From Bacteroidales bacterium (GTDB lineage: Bacteria; Bacteroidota; Bacteroidia; Bacteroidales; UBA3663), in assembly GCA_045627865.1 (NCBI GenBank), contig JAZQOK010000003.1, forward strand, positions 4,316 to 68,315: DNA of 64,000 bases, written 5' to 3'. Positions within the stretch are counted from its first letter, which is position 1, and each line of letters begins with the position of its first letter. A model generated the notes under the pieces. It made no database searches, was not told where the DNA came from, and saw nothing but the letters and a program-made list of their open reading frames with translations. Positions 19,569 through 29,959 of the stretch are shown here, one piece after another. A program made the position numbers and the translations under genes.

Positions 19569-21335
19569 ATGAAAAATATTTTTCTCTCGATTTTAGGAGT
19601 TATTACTACGATTTCTGCTTGGGCACAAACCCAAGAGGAGATGAAGATTGTTTACGAGGAGGCGCAGACTCCTTACAAGTATGGTTTGGTCGTTGCACCC
19701 AAGGATGGTGACCATATGACCGACTGCCCGACGGTGTTCCGATTGAACGACCGTTGGTATATGACTTATGTCATCTTCGATGGCAAGGGTTATGAGACCT
19801 GGATGTCTGAGTCGGACGATCTGCTCCACTGGAAGGAGGTGGGTTGTCTCCTGCCATTCCGTCAGGGCACCTGGGATAAGCAGCAACGTGCCGGTTTCCC
19901 GGCATTGACCAATTGGGAGTGGGGTTCTGACCAGCAGGGCCTCGGCCAAGTGGATGGCAAGTACTGGATGAGCTATTTCGGTGGCGAAAACAAGGGTTAC
20001 GAGGCTCAGCCACTTCATATCGGCATGGCTTATACCGATGCCTCAGCTTTCGAACAAAAGCTGCGTTCGGGTAGCAAGAACCTCTCCTGGTCGGTGCTTG
20101 ATGCTCCAGTCCTTTCGCCCAAGGATAGTACGGTGCAATGGTGGGAGACAGGTACGCACTACAAACCATTGATTTATCGTGATCCGTCGCGTACGCTGGG
20201 TTATGATTATATTCTATATTACAATGCCTATGGCAAGCATCCTGATACTGGGTTGGGTGCTGAACGCATCGGTATGGCATTGAGCAATGATCTGGTCCAT
20301 TGGACCCGTTATGCTGGTAATCCGGTTTTCCATCATGAAACCAAGGGTACCATTACGGGCGATGCTCAGATTGTGCGTTTCCGCGAAGGTTCGGCCACGG
20401 AACAACCGCTTTATGTGATGTTCTATTTCCGTGCTTTCGATCCTACCCGTAAATATTCGGCCTATAATACCTTTTCGTGCAGCCACGACCTGGTTCATTG
20501 GGAGGATTGGCAAGGACAGGATCTGATTTGGCCGACCGAGGCATATGATGATCTTTTCTCGCACAAGACATTCATTCTCAAATGGCAGGGTGTTGTCTAT
20601 CATTTCTTCTGTGCCGTCGATAAGGACATGCGTCGTGGCATTGCTGTGGCTACATCTAAGGATTTCGGCAAGTCGGACATTCACTTCTATCATCCTTTCC
20701 GCATGGGCAATGGCTTTACCAGCCATGCTGTCCTGCAATCCAACACCATCGTGCCTCTTTGGGGCGAAGCTCCTGTGGGTGCCGAGGTCGAGGTGACTAT
20801 GGGAAAGGAGCACATCATGACCGTGGCCGATGGTCATGGCCGTTGGGAGGTTCTCTTGCCGAAGCAGAAGCCTTCGGTCAAGCCGGTCAAGATTACTGCT
20901 ACTTGTCAGGGAGAAACTTGCGAGATTCTGGATGTAGTTTTTGGTGATGTCTGGATGGGTGCCGGTACGGCGATTGATTCCACCAACCTGCAACGCCTGA
21001 ACATCTCTTCGGCCGATACTGAGGTTCGATTGCTGTTTGCCCCAACTTCGGGCACTGCCTGGAGCGATTGGCAGAAGGCTCCTGTTCGTACGCATGGCAA
21101 GGCAAAGCGTGTGGTGGGCATCATTTCTGCTGGTGTGGAACGTGGCAAGATCAAGTCGTGGTCAACTCCTTCGGGCAAATGGAACAAGCGCATCCTCCAG
21201 CCTCTCTCTCCTTATCCTCTGCGTGGCATCCTCTGGTACGATGGCGCCAATGCTGCCACTCCCGAGGATCTCGAAACGCTCAAGACCCTCTTCCGCGAGT
21301 CTTTGGGTGCCCCTAACGCTGAGTTCAGGAAGTGA
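19569..21335 (+). CDS. GH137-like beta-L-arabinofuranosidase fused to a degenerate sialate-O-acetylesterase-like region
   Basis: YEEAQTPYKYGLVVAP, DCPTVF, GYETW, AERIGMA, ITGDAQIV, HK..ILKWQGVVYHF match the GH137 propeller as recalled; C-terminal HAVLQ..VPLWGEA, DVVFGDVW, LRGILWY resemble SASA esterases. Confidence 0.75.
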   Translation: MKNIFLSILGVITTISAWAQTQEEMKIVYEEAQTPYKYGLVVAPKDGDHMTDCPTVFRLNDRWYMTYVIFDGKGYETWMSESDDLLHWKEVGCLLPFRQGTWDKQQRAGFPALTNWEWGSDQQGLGQVDGKYWMSYFGGENKGYEAQPLHIGMAYTDASAFEQKLRSGSKNLSWSVLDAPVLSPKDSTVQWWETGTHYKPLIYRDPSRTLGYDYILYYNAYGKHPDTGLGAERIGMALSNDLVHWTRYAGNPVFHHETKGTITGDAQIVRFREGSATEQPLYVMFYFRAFDPTRKYSAYNTFSCSHDLVHWEDWQGQDLIWPTEAYDDLFSHKTFILKWQGVVYHFFCAVDKDMRRGIAVATSKDFGKSDIHFYHPFRMGNGFTSHAVLQSNTIVPLWGEAPVGAEVEVTMGKEHIMTVADGHGRWEVLLPKQKPSVKPVKITATCQGETCEILDVVFGDVWMGAGTAIDSTNLQRLNISSADTEVRLLFAPTSGTAWSDWQKAPVRTHGKAKRVVGIISAGVERGKIKSWSTPSGKWNKRILQPLSPYPLRGILWYDGANAATPEDLETLKTLFRESLGAPNAEFRK

Positions 21336-21938
21336 ACCTCCTTCGGCAGCATCAATGTATTGTCTCAATGATTTTTATTTAATGACCTCAGAGAAGAGGA
21401 GAAGAAAAGAAGATTGTTTAGCGACAAATGCTTCTACTTTTCAAATCTTCTTTGAGGATAATAATTCTATGGCTCTCAGAGTGTAAAAAAGTGTAATGGA
21501 GAATTATAGGAATCACTTCATTTCACTCCCTTAACTCTGCGAGAGATAGTAAACTTTCTTCTACTTATGTTGACTTACTGCATACTACTTGCATTGCATT
21601 CCATGGCCGGAACTTTTGGTTTTGATGCTATTACGAATATGCCGACATTTTCGCTCGAAATAGGTCGGATGGCATATTCTCAACTTGAGGCTAAAGGCTA
21701 AAAGTAAAGGTCGCTACAACAGGTCACTACCCAGGCAAAATGAGGCTCTGCAGTAGCCTCTCAGGTGGAGTCCGCTCTCCGGAAAAAGGTATTAAAAATC
21801 CTTTTTGACCTTAATGACCAATGACCACGGACAAGTGTTGAAATGAATAAAGTGAGGGGAAAAAGAGGACATTCTTGGTAAAAGGTATTGCGGGAGTCAA
21901 GAATAAACCGTATCTTTGCACCACTAAAAAAGAATCCT

Positions 21939-22574
21939 ATGAGCATTTTCGATAAAATCAAATCCTTCTTTGCGAGCGATGAACAGCTGATGGCTGCTAA
22001 TGGTCATGCTGCCTATCGTGTTGATCAGGCAACATTTGTGGTTCCTGTAGAGATTACAGAAGAGGCTGTCTATGCCGCTTTGGTAGAATATGGACGACAG
22101 GCAGGGTATATTGATCCACAACGTGCTGTGCAGCGGAATAGTGATGCGCTGATGGCTTCGGTCAAGAATCAGGTCATCAAGATGCACGAGGAGATACTGA
22201 AGGCCTACGAGAAACAGAACTTGTCGCCCGATGAGAAGCTGCTGAACCGTCTGACCATCGAAAATATGTTTTTCCTCTCGATGGGTACTGCCATCCTGGC
22301 CAAGGTCAAGAAGACCAACCTCATTGCCCAGGGATTCTTCGGTAAACTGCTCAAGAAGTCTGGCCCTGAGTTCTTCTATCGCGAGGTTTTGGCGATGGCT
22401 GGGCATAAGTATGGCGACGAAACGAGCGAAGCCATCCACACCCATGTACAACGTGCTGCCTACCTGCTACTGTCCAGCTTCGACAACCAGTCGGATCGCC
22501 GCTCGTTGGCCATCGTATGCGCCAAGGCCATGTACATGTATGGTTTGGCAGTCACTCTCCGTGTGAAAGAGTAG
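21939..22574 (+). CDS. Hypothetical protein
   Basis: Clean ORF preceded by the -7 box TATCTTTG (21911-21918); no recognised motif. Confidence 0.7.
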   Translation: MSIFDKIKSFFASDEQLMAANGHAAYRVDQATFVVPVEITEEAVYAALVEYGRQAGYIDPQRAVQRNSDALMASVKNQVIKMHEEILKAYEKQNLSPDEKLLNRLTIENMFFLSMGTAILAKVKKTNLIAQGFFGKLLKKSGPEFFYREVLAMAGHKYGDETSEAIHTHVQRAAYLLLSSFDNQSDRRSLAIVCAKAMYMYGLAVTLRVKE

Positions 22575-22581
22575 AGATACT

Positions 22582-23991
22582 CTATTCCTTGAAGTCATCG
22601 ACTTCGACAAGGTGATACTTTTCGCGTTCGTCGGGAGAGGTCAGTTTCAGGGTGACATTTCTCAAGGTCAACGAACGGATGTGTTCGGCTGATAAACCCC
22701 AAGCCGGCTGGATGCCGTGAGCTGAGGGTTCTGGGTAGTGAGGATCATGTTTCTCGAAGAAACGGTTTCTTCCCTTTTGCGTCCGTACATCTTCGAGGGT
22801 TATTCCTCCACGGAATTCAACCATGATGTTTTCCATCCAGATGCTATCGATGGGATTCTCCTTCTGCCCGCTGAGCAGAATGGCATAGCGGCTGTCGCAG
22901 TCTTTGGCCGTGATGTTGGTCAGGCGGATATTCCGGAACTTCGAGGCAGGAGTTCCCTCTGGGGCTCTCATTCGTCGGCCAAGAACCATGTAGATAGGAG
23001 AGTTGCAGATGTCCTCCATCAGGATATTGTCCACGAAAACATTCTCCAGTATAGCACCATCCACCGTTTCGAAGGCCAATCCTCGGCAATGTGTCAGTCG
23101 GCAGTTGCGGATCGTGATGTCGCGGAAGGCGGAGTTACTCTCTGTACCAAGTTTGATTCGACCAGTAGGACCATCCTGATCCGGTGCAAGCAGTTGGTTG
23201 GTCGTCTTTGTACCATCGAAAAATGTACCGTTATCAAATCCCGATACCTCGCAATCTTCAATCAAAACATCGGCGGTAGGTTTCATGAATCCCAAGGCGT
23301 ATGAGCACTTCAGCACGATGGCATCGTCGTTGAAGGTATTGACTTTGCAGTTTCTGACCACGACATGTTCGCAGCAGTCGATGTCAAAGCCGTCACGGTT
23401 GGTATCGACCATGACTCCCTCGATGAGAAGGCTGTCAACGCCTGTGAGGAGCAGGGCGAAGTGTCCGCATTGCGACAAGGAAATATCTCGGATGGTGATG
23501 TTCCGGCAATTCTTCATGGCAATGGCTTTATTGGCCGCTTTCTGATCCTTCCGGTGTCCACGGGTCAGGACATCTGTACCATCGATCAGGCCTTTGCCCT
23601 CGATGGTGACATGGGTCAGATCCTCGCCCCATAGGAGCGAGTTGTGCCAGTGGCTATGACCGAAATCCTGGTAGGTCTTTCCGTCGAAAGGTTCTGCCTC
23701 ATCGAAGCTGTTGATGCTGTCGGGTGCTGCTGCCTGGATGATGGCACCCTCCTCGAGCCGCAATGTGATATGGCTCTTCAAATGGATGGAGTGGCACAGG
23801 TATTTCCCTTTGGGAATCAGCACAACGCCCTCTTTGGCTTGGCTGGCTGCTTCGATCGCTGCATTGATGGCTGTGGTTTCGATATGGACGCCATCTCCTT
23901 TAGCACCGTAATCCAGTACGTTGTAGTTTTGTGCAAATCCGCTGATGTATGCGGCTGTCAACAGTATGAGTAATTCCAGTTTCCTTTTCAT
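22582..23991 (-). CDS. GH28 glycoside hydrolase (galacturonidase/rhamnogalacturonase type)
   Basis: NVLDYGAKGDG, TNRDGFD, DDAIVLK, GRIKLGTES; signal peptide. Confidence 0.92.
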   Translation of the reverse strand: MKRKLELLILLTAAYISGFAQNYNVLDYGAKGDGVHIETTAINAAIEAASQAKEGVVLIPKGKYLCHSIHLKSHITLRLEEGAIIQAAAPDSINSFDEAEPFDGKTYQDFGHSHWHNSLLWGEDLTHVTIEGKGLIDGTDVLTRGHRKDQKAANKAIAMKNCRNITIRDISLSQCGHFALLLTGVDSLLIEGVMVDTNRDGFDIDCCEHVVVRNCKVNTFNDDAIVLKCSYALGFMKPTADVLIEDCEVSGFDNGTFFDGTKTTNQLLAPDQDGPTGRIKLGTESNSAFRDITIRNCRLTHCRGLAFETVDGAILENVFVDNILMEDICNSPIYMVLGRRMRAPEGTPASKFRNIRLTNITAKDCDSRYAILLSGQKENPIDSIWMENIMVEFRGGITLEDVRTQKGRNRFFEKHDPHYPEPSAHGIQPAWGLSAEHIRSLTLRNVTLKLTSPDEREKYHLVEVDDFKE

Positions 23992-24824
23992 AGTTTCCTT
24001 GTTTGCGTGAATGCTTTGCCGAGATTAGCGATGATATCGGAGGGCAGGAGTGACTCCATGCTTTGGCCTTCATCGAGGGCAATGTCGGCAGCAAGGGCGT
24101 GAATCCAGACACCGAGAGTGGCGGCTTCAGTAGCTGTGTAATGTTGCGCCAATAGGGCAAGGATGATGCCCGTCAGGACATCGCCACTACCGCCTACCGC
24201 CATGCCTGCGTTGCCGTGCTGCGTATTGACGAAGACTTCGCCCGAAGGAGTATAGATGTGGGTATGATGACCTTTGAGGACAACGACCAAAGACCCACCC
24301 CGTCCCTCCCTCGTAGGGAGGGTGTTTAATGCTGATGTCAGTCGTTTCCATTCTCCTACATGAGGGGTGAGGATGGATCCTTGGGGAATCAGATCGATCC
24401 AATCGGGATGCAGAGCCAGGATGTTAAGGGCATCGGCATCGAGCACCATGGGTTTCCCCCATTGCTGCAGCAGCTGATGAAGTGCCTCTTGTGTCTCTGT
24501 GGCTTGACCCAACCCAGGGCCAATTCCAATGACTTCGGTGTCTTGGGGTACAATGATATGGGTATGATGCTGAGGATCTTTGTCGCAATCACATTTAGCC
24601 TCGGGAATGCCTAACTGCAGAATATCATATCCGCATCTGGGTACACGGACGGTGAGCAGTCCTACACCACTACGCATACAGGCACGCGCAGATAGAAGTG
24701 CTGCTCCCATCATGCCTTGGCTGCCAGCTACGAGCAGTGCTCGTCCATAATCACCTTTGTGGCTTTCTGCTTTGCGTAAGCGGTGGATGCTATGTATCAG
24801 TTCGGGGGTGATGATTGTTTCCAT
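23988..24824 (-). CDS. nnrD: ADP-dependent NAD(P)H-hydrate dehydratase
   Basis: HKGDYG, GIGPGLG, LDADAL, LTPHVGE, GGSGDVLTG. Confidence 0.93.
   Translation of the reverse strand: METIITPELIHSIHRLRKAESHKGDYGRALLVAGSQGMMGAALLSARACMRSGVGLLTVRVPRCGYDILQLGIPEAKCDCDKDPQHHTHIIVPQDTEVIGIGPGLGQATETQEALHQLLQQWGKPMVLDADALNILALHPDWIDLIPQGSILTPHVGEWKRLTSALNTLPTREGRGGSLVVVLKGHHTHIYTPSGEVFVNTQHGNAGMAVGGSGDVLTGIILALLAQHYTATEAATLGVWIHALAADIALDEGQSMESLLPSDIIANLGKAFTQTRKL
24292..24324. repeat. C/G palindromic element in frame within nnrD (TLPTREGRGGS)
   Basis: gacccaccccgt-ccctccct-cgt-agggaggg, perfect 8-bp stem. Confidence 0.85.
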
Positions 24825-24833
24825 ATTTTTGAA

Positions 24834-26768
24834 TTACAATTCTACGGCATAGACATTATCAAAGCCTTCAAAATTGGCACGGAAGATGATCCATTTCTGG
24901 TCGGGACTGACGTGTACATTAGGCTCCAGTGAATAGTCGTGCCTCTGCATGTTGACCAGTTTTTCGGTGCGCAGCTGGTCGGTCTTTTTGCCGTCGCTGT
25001 CGAAAGTGTAGTCGTAACGGTAGATCCATTGGTCTTTGTCTGAGTGTGCTACCGAATTGGGTGATCCGCCATCTCCTACCAGGAATGTTTCGTCCCACGA
25101 AGTGGTATAGTGTACAGCCCACTCATCGCGAGTCAATTCATAATCCTCCTCTTCGAGTGTTTCAAGATTTACTTTTCCGACATAGAAAGTCTCTCCGCGA
25201 GGACGTTGCAGATCAAAGTAGAGATATTTTCCTTGGGCACCAAACCACTCGTGTCCGGCAATCTCTCCATAATGCTTCTTGCCATTTTCGTCGGTATATT
25301 CGTCGATGAAAAGGGTACGCTTGTGCATCAGTACAGGTTTGCCAGTACGGATATCAACATTCCAGATTCTGTCCACCTTATGCCAGGGTCCCTCGTGGCA
25401 GAATAGCAGGCGGTTTGGGTCTGTAGGCGAGAACTGCAGATGATTGAGCCAGGCATGGTCAGTCCATACATCCTGGAAACTTCCATTCGAAGTATTGATC
25501 ACAAAGATGGTTTTCTCCAATTTTGCCTCGAAGATAAGGTTGAAGAACTCTGATTTCTTAGGATGCTCTTTGAGAATTTTGCCCTCTTCAGGATTATTGA
25601 ATGTTCCGGCCAGAAGCGTACCATCGCAGTTTATACATACGATATGCCCCGTTTTTCCCTCCGGCAAACGGGCAATGAGACGTGGTTGGGCAATGGCATC
25701 CTTCTGGGTGCTGATGGCAAAAATGCTATCTTGACGCTGGAAGAAGATGTCGCCTGTCGCTGCACAAACAATCTCAGACGACACACCTTGAGGAACATCG
25801 GTAAGCTGGCGGATGTCAAGAGTGTTCAAATCTACGGCATACATCTGCTTTATACTTCCGGCTGTTGAGTTGATTCTCATGTCGGTCGATGATTCGACCT
25901 TGTCCGAACCTACAAACACCATTTCTCCTGTGGCCAAGAAAGGGTTGTTATGGAAGTAGAACGAACGGTTCGCTCCCTGTCGGCGCGACAACTTGATTAC
26001 ACGGTGGCCAGTATCTTGATCAATCCATTCGTTAGGCATTACCTGTCCACCTGTTTCTATGGTCGGGATGTTTCGGAATGGTTCCAGTTTCTTTTTATTG
26101 TTCACCAGATCGCTCAACTCCTTGTCGCTGACGGCATAGTCATAAATGCGGAAATTGGCCACTTTGGTGTTTGCCAGATATTTGTCTCCCTTGAAGGGGG
26201 CTCGTCCTATCCAGCAACAGGCAGGAGCTTCGGCAAAGATTTCTGAAAGAATCGGCATGTTTTCGTTACGTCCGATAAGTTCGCCGTTCAGGAATAGTTC
26301 ACCGATTTTTCCCTTCTGGCGGAACAGGGCATGAATCCATACATTGCGCTCTGGTTTCCCTCCCTGCATGACAATCTCTTCATGGTTCCAGCCTCCTGTT
26401 GAGGTCTCAAATCGTTGTTCGTTGAGTCGCATAGCCATGTAAGGTCCCTCTTCGGCTTGGTTTTCTGCCAATTTGGAGAATGCAAAGAGAAAATGTCCGT
26501 AGCCATCTAATGTATTGGTAGAATCGACCATATAATTGACCGAAATACTGAAGTCGTTGAGTTTGCTGATCTTTTCACCAACTCTTGCAAGGTCATAGTA
26601 ACCGTCAGTATTGCCCAGATTCAGGACAGTCATACCTTCCAACTTTTCGATGGTGGCACCATTGCGGACATTCTCCCTGTCCCACCCATATTCGGTCGAA
26701 GATTTGATTTCTGCACATGCAGCAAGGATAAGGCTTGCTGATAGCATCAAAAGTTTTTCACATCTCAT
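24834..26768 (-). CDS. Lipoprotein: LamG-like domain + oligogalacturonate lyase (PL22-like) propeller
   Basis: Lipobox LAAC; WIGRA...NFRIYDYA LamG; DQDTGHRVIKLS, FYFHNNPF, LNHLQFSP, FCHEGPW, GHEW, EPNVH. Confidence 0.8.
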   Translation of the reverse strand: MRCEKLLMLSASLILAACAEIKSSTEYGWDRENVRNGATIEKLEGMTVLNLGNTDGYYDLARVGEKISKLNDFSISVNYMVDSTNTLDGYGHFLFAFSKLAENQAEEGPYMAMRLNEQRFETSTGGWNHEEIVMQGGKPERNVWIHALFRQKGKIGELFLNGELIGRNENMPILSEIFAEAPACCWIGRAPFKGDKYLANTKVANFRIYDYAVSDKELSDLVNNKKKLEPFRNIPTIETGGQVMPNEWIDQDTGHRVIKLSRRQGANRSFYFHNNPFLATGEMVFVGSDKVESSTDMRINSTAGSIKQMYAVDLNTLDIRQLTDVPQGVSSEIVCAATGDIFFQRQDSIFAISTQKDAIAQPRLIARLPEGKTGHIVCINCDGTLLAGTFNNPEEGKILKEHPKKSEFFNLIFEAKLEKTIFVINTSNGSFQDVWTDHAWLNHLQFSPTDPNRLLFCHEGPWHKVDRIWNVDIRTGKPVLMHKRTLFIDEYTDENGKKHYGEIAGHEWFGAQGKYLYFDLQRPRGETFYVGKVNLETLEEEDYELTRDEWAVHYTTSWDETFLVGDGGSPNSVAHSDKDQWIYRYDYTFDSDGKKTDQLRTEKLVNMQRHDYSLEPNVHVSPDQKWIIFRANFEGFDNVYAVEL

Positions 26769-26819
26769 GATAATTAGGTATTTTCAGTTTATTGTTACAA
26801 TTAAATGATTTCTTTGGCG

Positions 26820-26898
26820 CAAATATAATTATTTTCGATCGATTCTGGTATTTATGTCACGTTTTATTTTGATTTTTGCAGAAATTCAGTTATCTTTG
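26820..26898. promoter_or_regulatory. Divergent -7 promoter boxes (PL22 gene on -, GH29 gene on +)
   Basis: TATATTTG on minus (26820-26827); TATCTTTG on plus (26891-26898). Confidence 0.6.
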
Positions 26899-26941
26899 CA
26901 CCCATAAAGACATTATATCTATAATAAACACTCATTACGCT

Positions 26942-28588
26942 ATGAAAAAAAGTTTCTCTCTGTGTTTGTTTTTCGCCTTAGCAGCCTTTGTGCATGCTCA
27001 AGATTATAAGATTCTGGTATCGGAGGCTGATGAGCCGATGCAGACGGGTCAGTTTACACCCGACTGGGAATCGTTGCGTACCTACCAGGTGCCCGATTGG
27101 TTCCGCGATGCTAAATTCGGTATCTGGGCTCATTGGGGACCTCAGTGCGTTGAGGGATCAGGCGACTGGATGGGCCGTATGATGTACATGGAGGAAAACG
27201 ATAAGTATAAATACCATTGTGAACATTACGGACATCCATCGGAGTTCGGATTCAAGGATATTTTGCCTCTTTTCAAGGCCGAAAACTGGACACCCGAGCA
27301 GTTGGTGAAGTTCTATGCCGAGGAGTGTGGAGCACAGTATTTCTTTGCGTTGGGTAATCATCATGATAATTTTGACCTTTGGGATTCTAAGTATCAGGAG
27401 TGGAATTCTGCGCACATTGGTCCTCACCGCGATATCTTGGCTGAATGGTCGAAGGCTGCCAAGAAGGCAGGATTGCCTTTCGGTATTTCGTTCCATGCTG
27501 ATCACGCCTGGATTTGGTATGAACCCAGCCGGCGTTTCGACCTCAAAGGCCCCAAGATTGGTGTGAAATATGATGGCTGGCTCACCAAAGAGGATGGCTA
27601 TAAGCCCAATCCGGATGGTACTGAGAAATGGTGGAAAGGACTTGATCCACAGAAACTCTATGCCCAAACACACGATTTCTCGGAACGCAGTTGGGATGAT
27701 AATGGAATCCACAACCAATGGGGATGGGAAAATGGCGCAGCTACGCCATCGCACGAGTTTGTAACCAATTTCTACAACCGTACGCTCGATGCCATCAACC
27801 GCTATAACCCAGATCTTCTGTATTTCGATGTGACTGTTTTGCCGTTCTATCCGCTCAGCGATGCGGGCATGAAGATTGCCGCCCATCAGTACAACAAGAC
27901 GCAGGGACAGGGCATCGTGTTTGGCAAGATCCTGACCGACGAGATGAAGGAGGCTCTGGTATGGGATGTGGAGCGTGGTGCTCCGAATAAGATCATGGAA
28001 CGCCCATGGCAATGTTGCAACTGCATCGGCGATTGGCATTATAACAACGGTATCTACGAGCGCAACCGCTACAAGTCGGCTGCTACAGTAGCAAAACTGC
28101 TTGTGGATATTGTTTCGAAGAATGGTAACATGCTGCTCTCTGTGCCATTGCGTGCTGACGGTACGCCCGACGAGAAGGAGCTGGCCATCATGCGCGAGTT
28201 CGGTGCCTGGATGAAGATCAACAGGGAGAGTATTGTCAAAACTCGTCCTTGGCACATCTTTGGCGAAGGTCCTATTGCCCAAAGTGATGTCAAGATCAAT
28301 GCACAGGGCTTCAACGATGGCAATTATGTCAAGGCAGGTGCGGACGAAATACGTTTCAATCAAACCGATAAGTACCTCTATGTCTCGGCCTTGGCTTGGC
28401 CGGCAGATCGCACCATTACCATCCGTTCTTTGGCTGAGGGTAGCGAACTTTTTGCCAACAAGATCCGAAAGGTGGAGCTCTTGGGTTATGGCAAAGTTGC
28501 CTTCCAGCGTACGGCCGATGCTCTTATCGTCACACTGCCTGAAACACCACTCAACAACATTATGCCTGTGCTGAGAATACAGAAATAA
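26942..28588 (+). CDS. Alpha-L-fucosidase (GH29)
   Basis: WFRDAKFGIWAHWG, HHDNF, LYFD, DVERG, DIVSKNGN; start at MKKSF. Confidence 0.93.
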   Translation: MKKSFSLCLFFALAAFVHAQDYKILVSEADEPMQTGQFTPDWESLRTYQVPDWFRDAKFGIWAHWGPQCVEGSGDWMGRMMYMEENDKYKYHCEHYGHPSEFGFKDILPLFKAENWTPEQLVKFYAEECGAQYFFALGNHHDNFDLWDSKYQEWNSAHIGPHRDILAEWSKAAKKAGLPFGISFHADHAWIWYEPSRRFDLKGPKIGVKYDGWLTKEDGYKPNPDGTEKWWKGLDPQKLYAQTHDFSERSWDDNGIHNQWGWENGAATPSHEFVTNFYNRTLDAINRYNPDLLYFDVTVLPFYPLSDAGMKIAAHQYNKTQGQGIVFGKILTDEMKEALVWDVERGAPNKIMERPWQCCNCIGDWHYNNGIYERNRYKSAATVAKLLVDIVSKNGNMLLSVPLRADGTPDEKELAIMREFGAWMKINRESIVKTRPWHIFGEGPIAQSDVKINAQGFNDGNYVKAGADEIRFNQTDKYLYVSALAWPADRTITIRSLAEGSELFANKIRKVELLGYGKVAFQRTADALIVTLPETPLNNIMPVLRIQK

Positions 28589-28596
28589 GAAGAGAT

Positions 28597-29943
28597 TTAT
28601 TTCTTTGGAGCATCTCCCTGTGGTTTGCCTTTGCGATGGCTGTGACCATGGGGAGATTTTGTATGATTATGTGAACGGTTACCGGAACGATGTTCTCCAT
28701 GATTACGTCCACTGTGCTGATTGACGTTAGCCATCACTTCTGCCTCGTTACAACCACCTAGGGACTCCGGTACTGGGATGCGTTCAAGTGTCTTCCCGAG
28801 GAACTGCTCGAGCTGAACGAACTTCTGCAATTCGCGACGGTCATTGGCCGAGATGAAGGTGACACTTTCTCCATCGGCATCAGCACGGGCAGTACGGCCT
28901 ACGCGATGCACATAGTCCTCAGGGTCGTGTGTCATGTCGAAGTTAATGACCAATTGAATGCCTGTGATATCAATGCCACGGCTGACAATATCGGTAGCCA
29001 CAAGGACATTGATGCGACCAGCTTTGAAGGCATTCATTGTTTCTTCGCGCTCTTTTTGTTCGAGGTCGCTGTGCATGGCCGAAACCATGAAACCCTTCTT
29101 GCGCAGAGAGAGTACCACATCCTTGACCTTCAGTTTCTTCGAAACAAAGACCACAACGCGTTTGTCTGGGTTCTGCAGAAGAGAATCCTTGACGAATCCA
29201 TCCGGCTTGCCACCGAAGAACTGCTTCAGTACGCGGATAATCATATCCACCTTCTGAGGCTCGTAGCAGATGCAAGCCTGTTGGCGGATCTTGTCGGCTG
29301 GCTTCGAAACAGCAATCTTGACCATGGTAGGTTTCCACATGATTGCTTCGGCCAGTTTCTGGGTCTTAGGAGGCATGGTGGCGCTGTAAAGGATCTTCTG
29401 ACAATCGGCAGGGAGCAGTTTGGCAATGGCCATGATATCGTCGTAGAAGCCCATGTCCAACATACGGTCAGCTTCGTCGAGTACAAAGAAAGCCACCTGG
29501 CTCAAATCCACATAGCCGAGGTTGATGTGCGAAAGCAGACGACCAGGAGTGGCGATAACCACGTCGGCACCCTTGATAAGACCGTTCTTTTGTTCGGCAA
29601 AATCTCGTCCCTCGCCACCGCCATACACAGCCACGCTCGAGGCATCAACATAGTAGCTGAAACCCTGCATCTGCTGGTCAATCTGCTGGGCAAGCTCGCG
29701 GGTAGGAGCCATGATAACGCAGTTGATGGCATCCGACGGATAGCGATAACGGTTCAGGTTCGAAAGAATCGGAAGGAGGTAGGCGGCGGTTTTGCCGGTA
29801 CCGGTTTGTGCTACAGCGATTACATCATCGCCAGCCAACACAGGTGGAATGGCTTTCTCCTGCACAGGAGAGCATTCCTTGAAATGCATGTATTCGAGGG
29901 CTTCCATCACGCCCTCATCCAGGTCGAGTTCGCTAAATTTCAT
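28597..29943 (-). CDS. DEAD-box RNA helicase
   Basis: AQTGTGKT, PTRELA, TPGR, DEAD, SAT, HRVGRTAR; -7 box at 29966-29973. Confidence 0.96.
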   Translation of the reverse strand: MKFSELDLDEGVMEALEYMHFKECSPVQEKAIPPVLAGDDVIAVAQTGTGKTAAYLLPILSNLNRYRYPSDAINCVIMAPTRELAQQIDQQMQGFSYYVDASSVAVYGGGEGRDFAEQKNGLIKGADVVIATPGRLLSHINLGYVDLSQVAFFVLDEADRMLDMGFYDDIMAIAKLLPADCQKILYSATMPPKTQKLAEAIMWKPTMVKIAVSKPADKIRQQACICYEPQKVDMIIRVLKQFFGGKPDGFVKDSLLQNPDKRVVVFVSKKLKVKDVVLSLRKKGFMVSAMHSDLEQKEREETMNAFKAGRINVLVATDIVSRGIDITGIQLVINFDMTHDPEDYVHRVGRTARADADGESVTFISANDRRELQKFVQLEQFLGKTLERIPVPESLGGCNEAEVMANVNQHSGRNHGEHRSGNRSHNHTKSPHGHSHRKGKPQGDAPKK

Positions 29944-29959
29944 CTTTTTTCGTATAATT

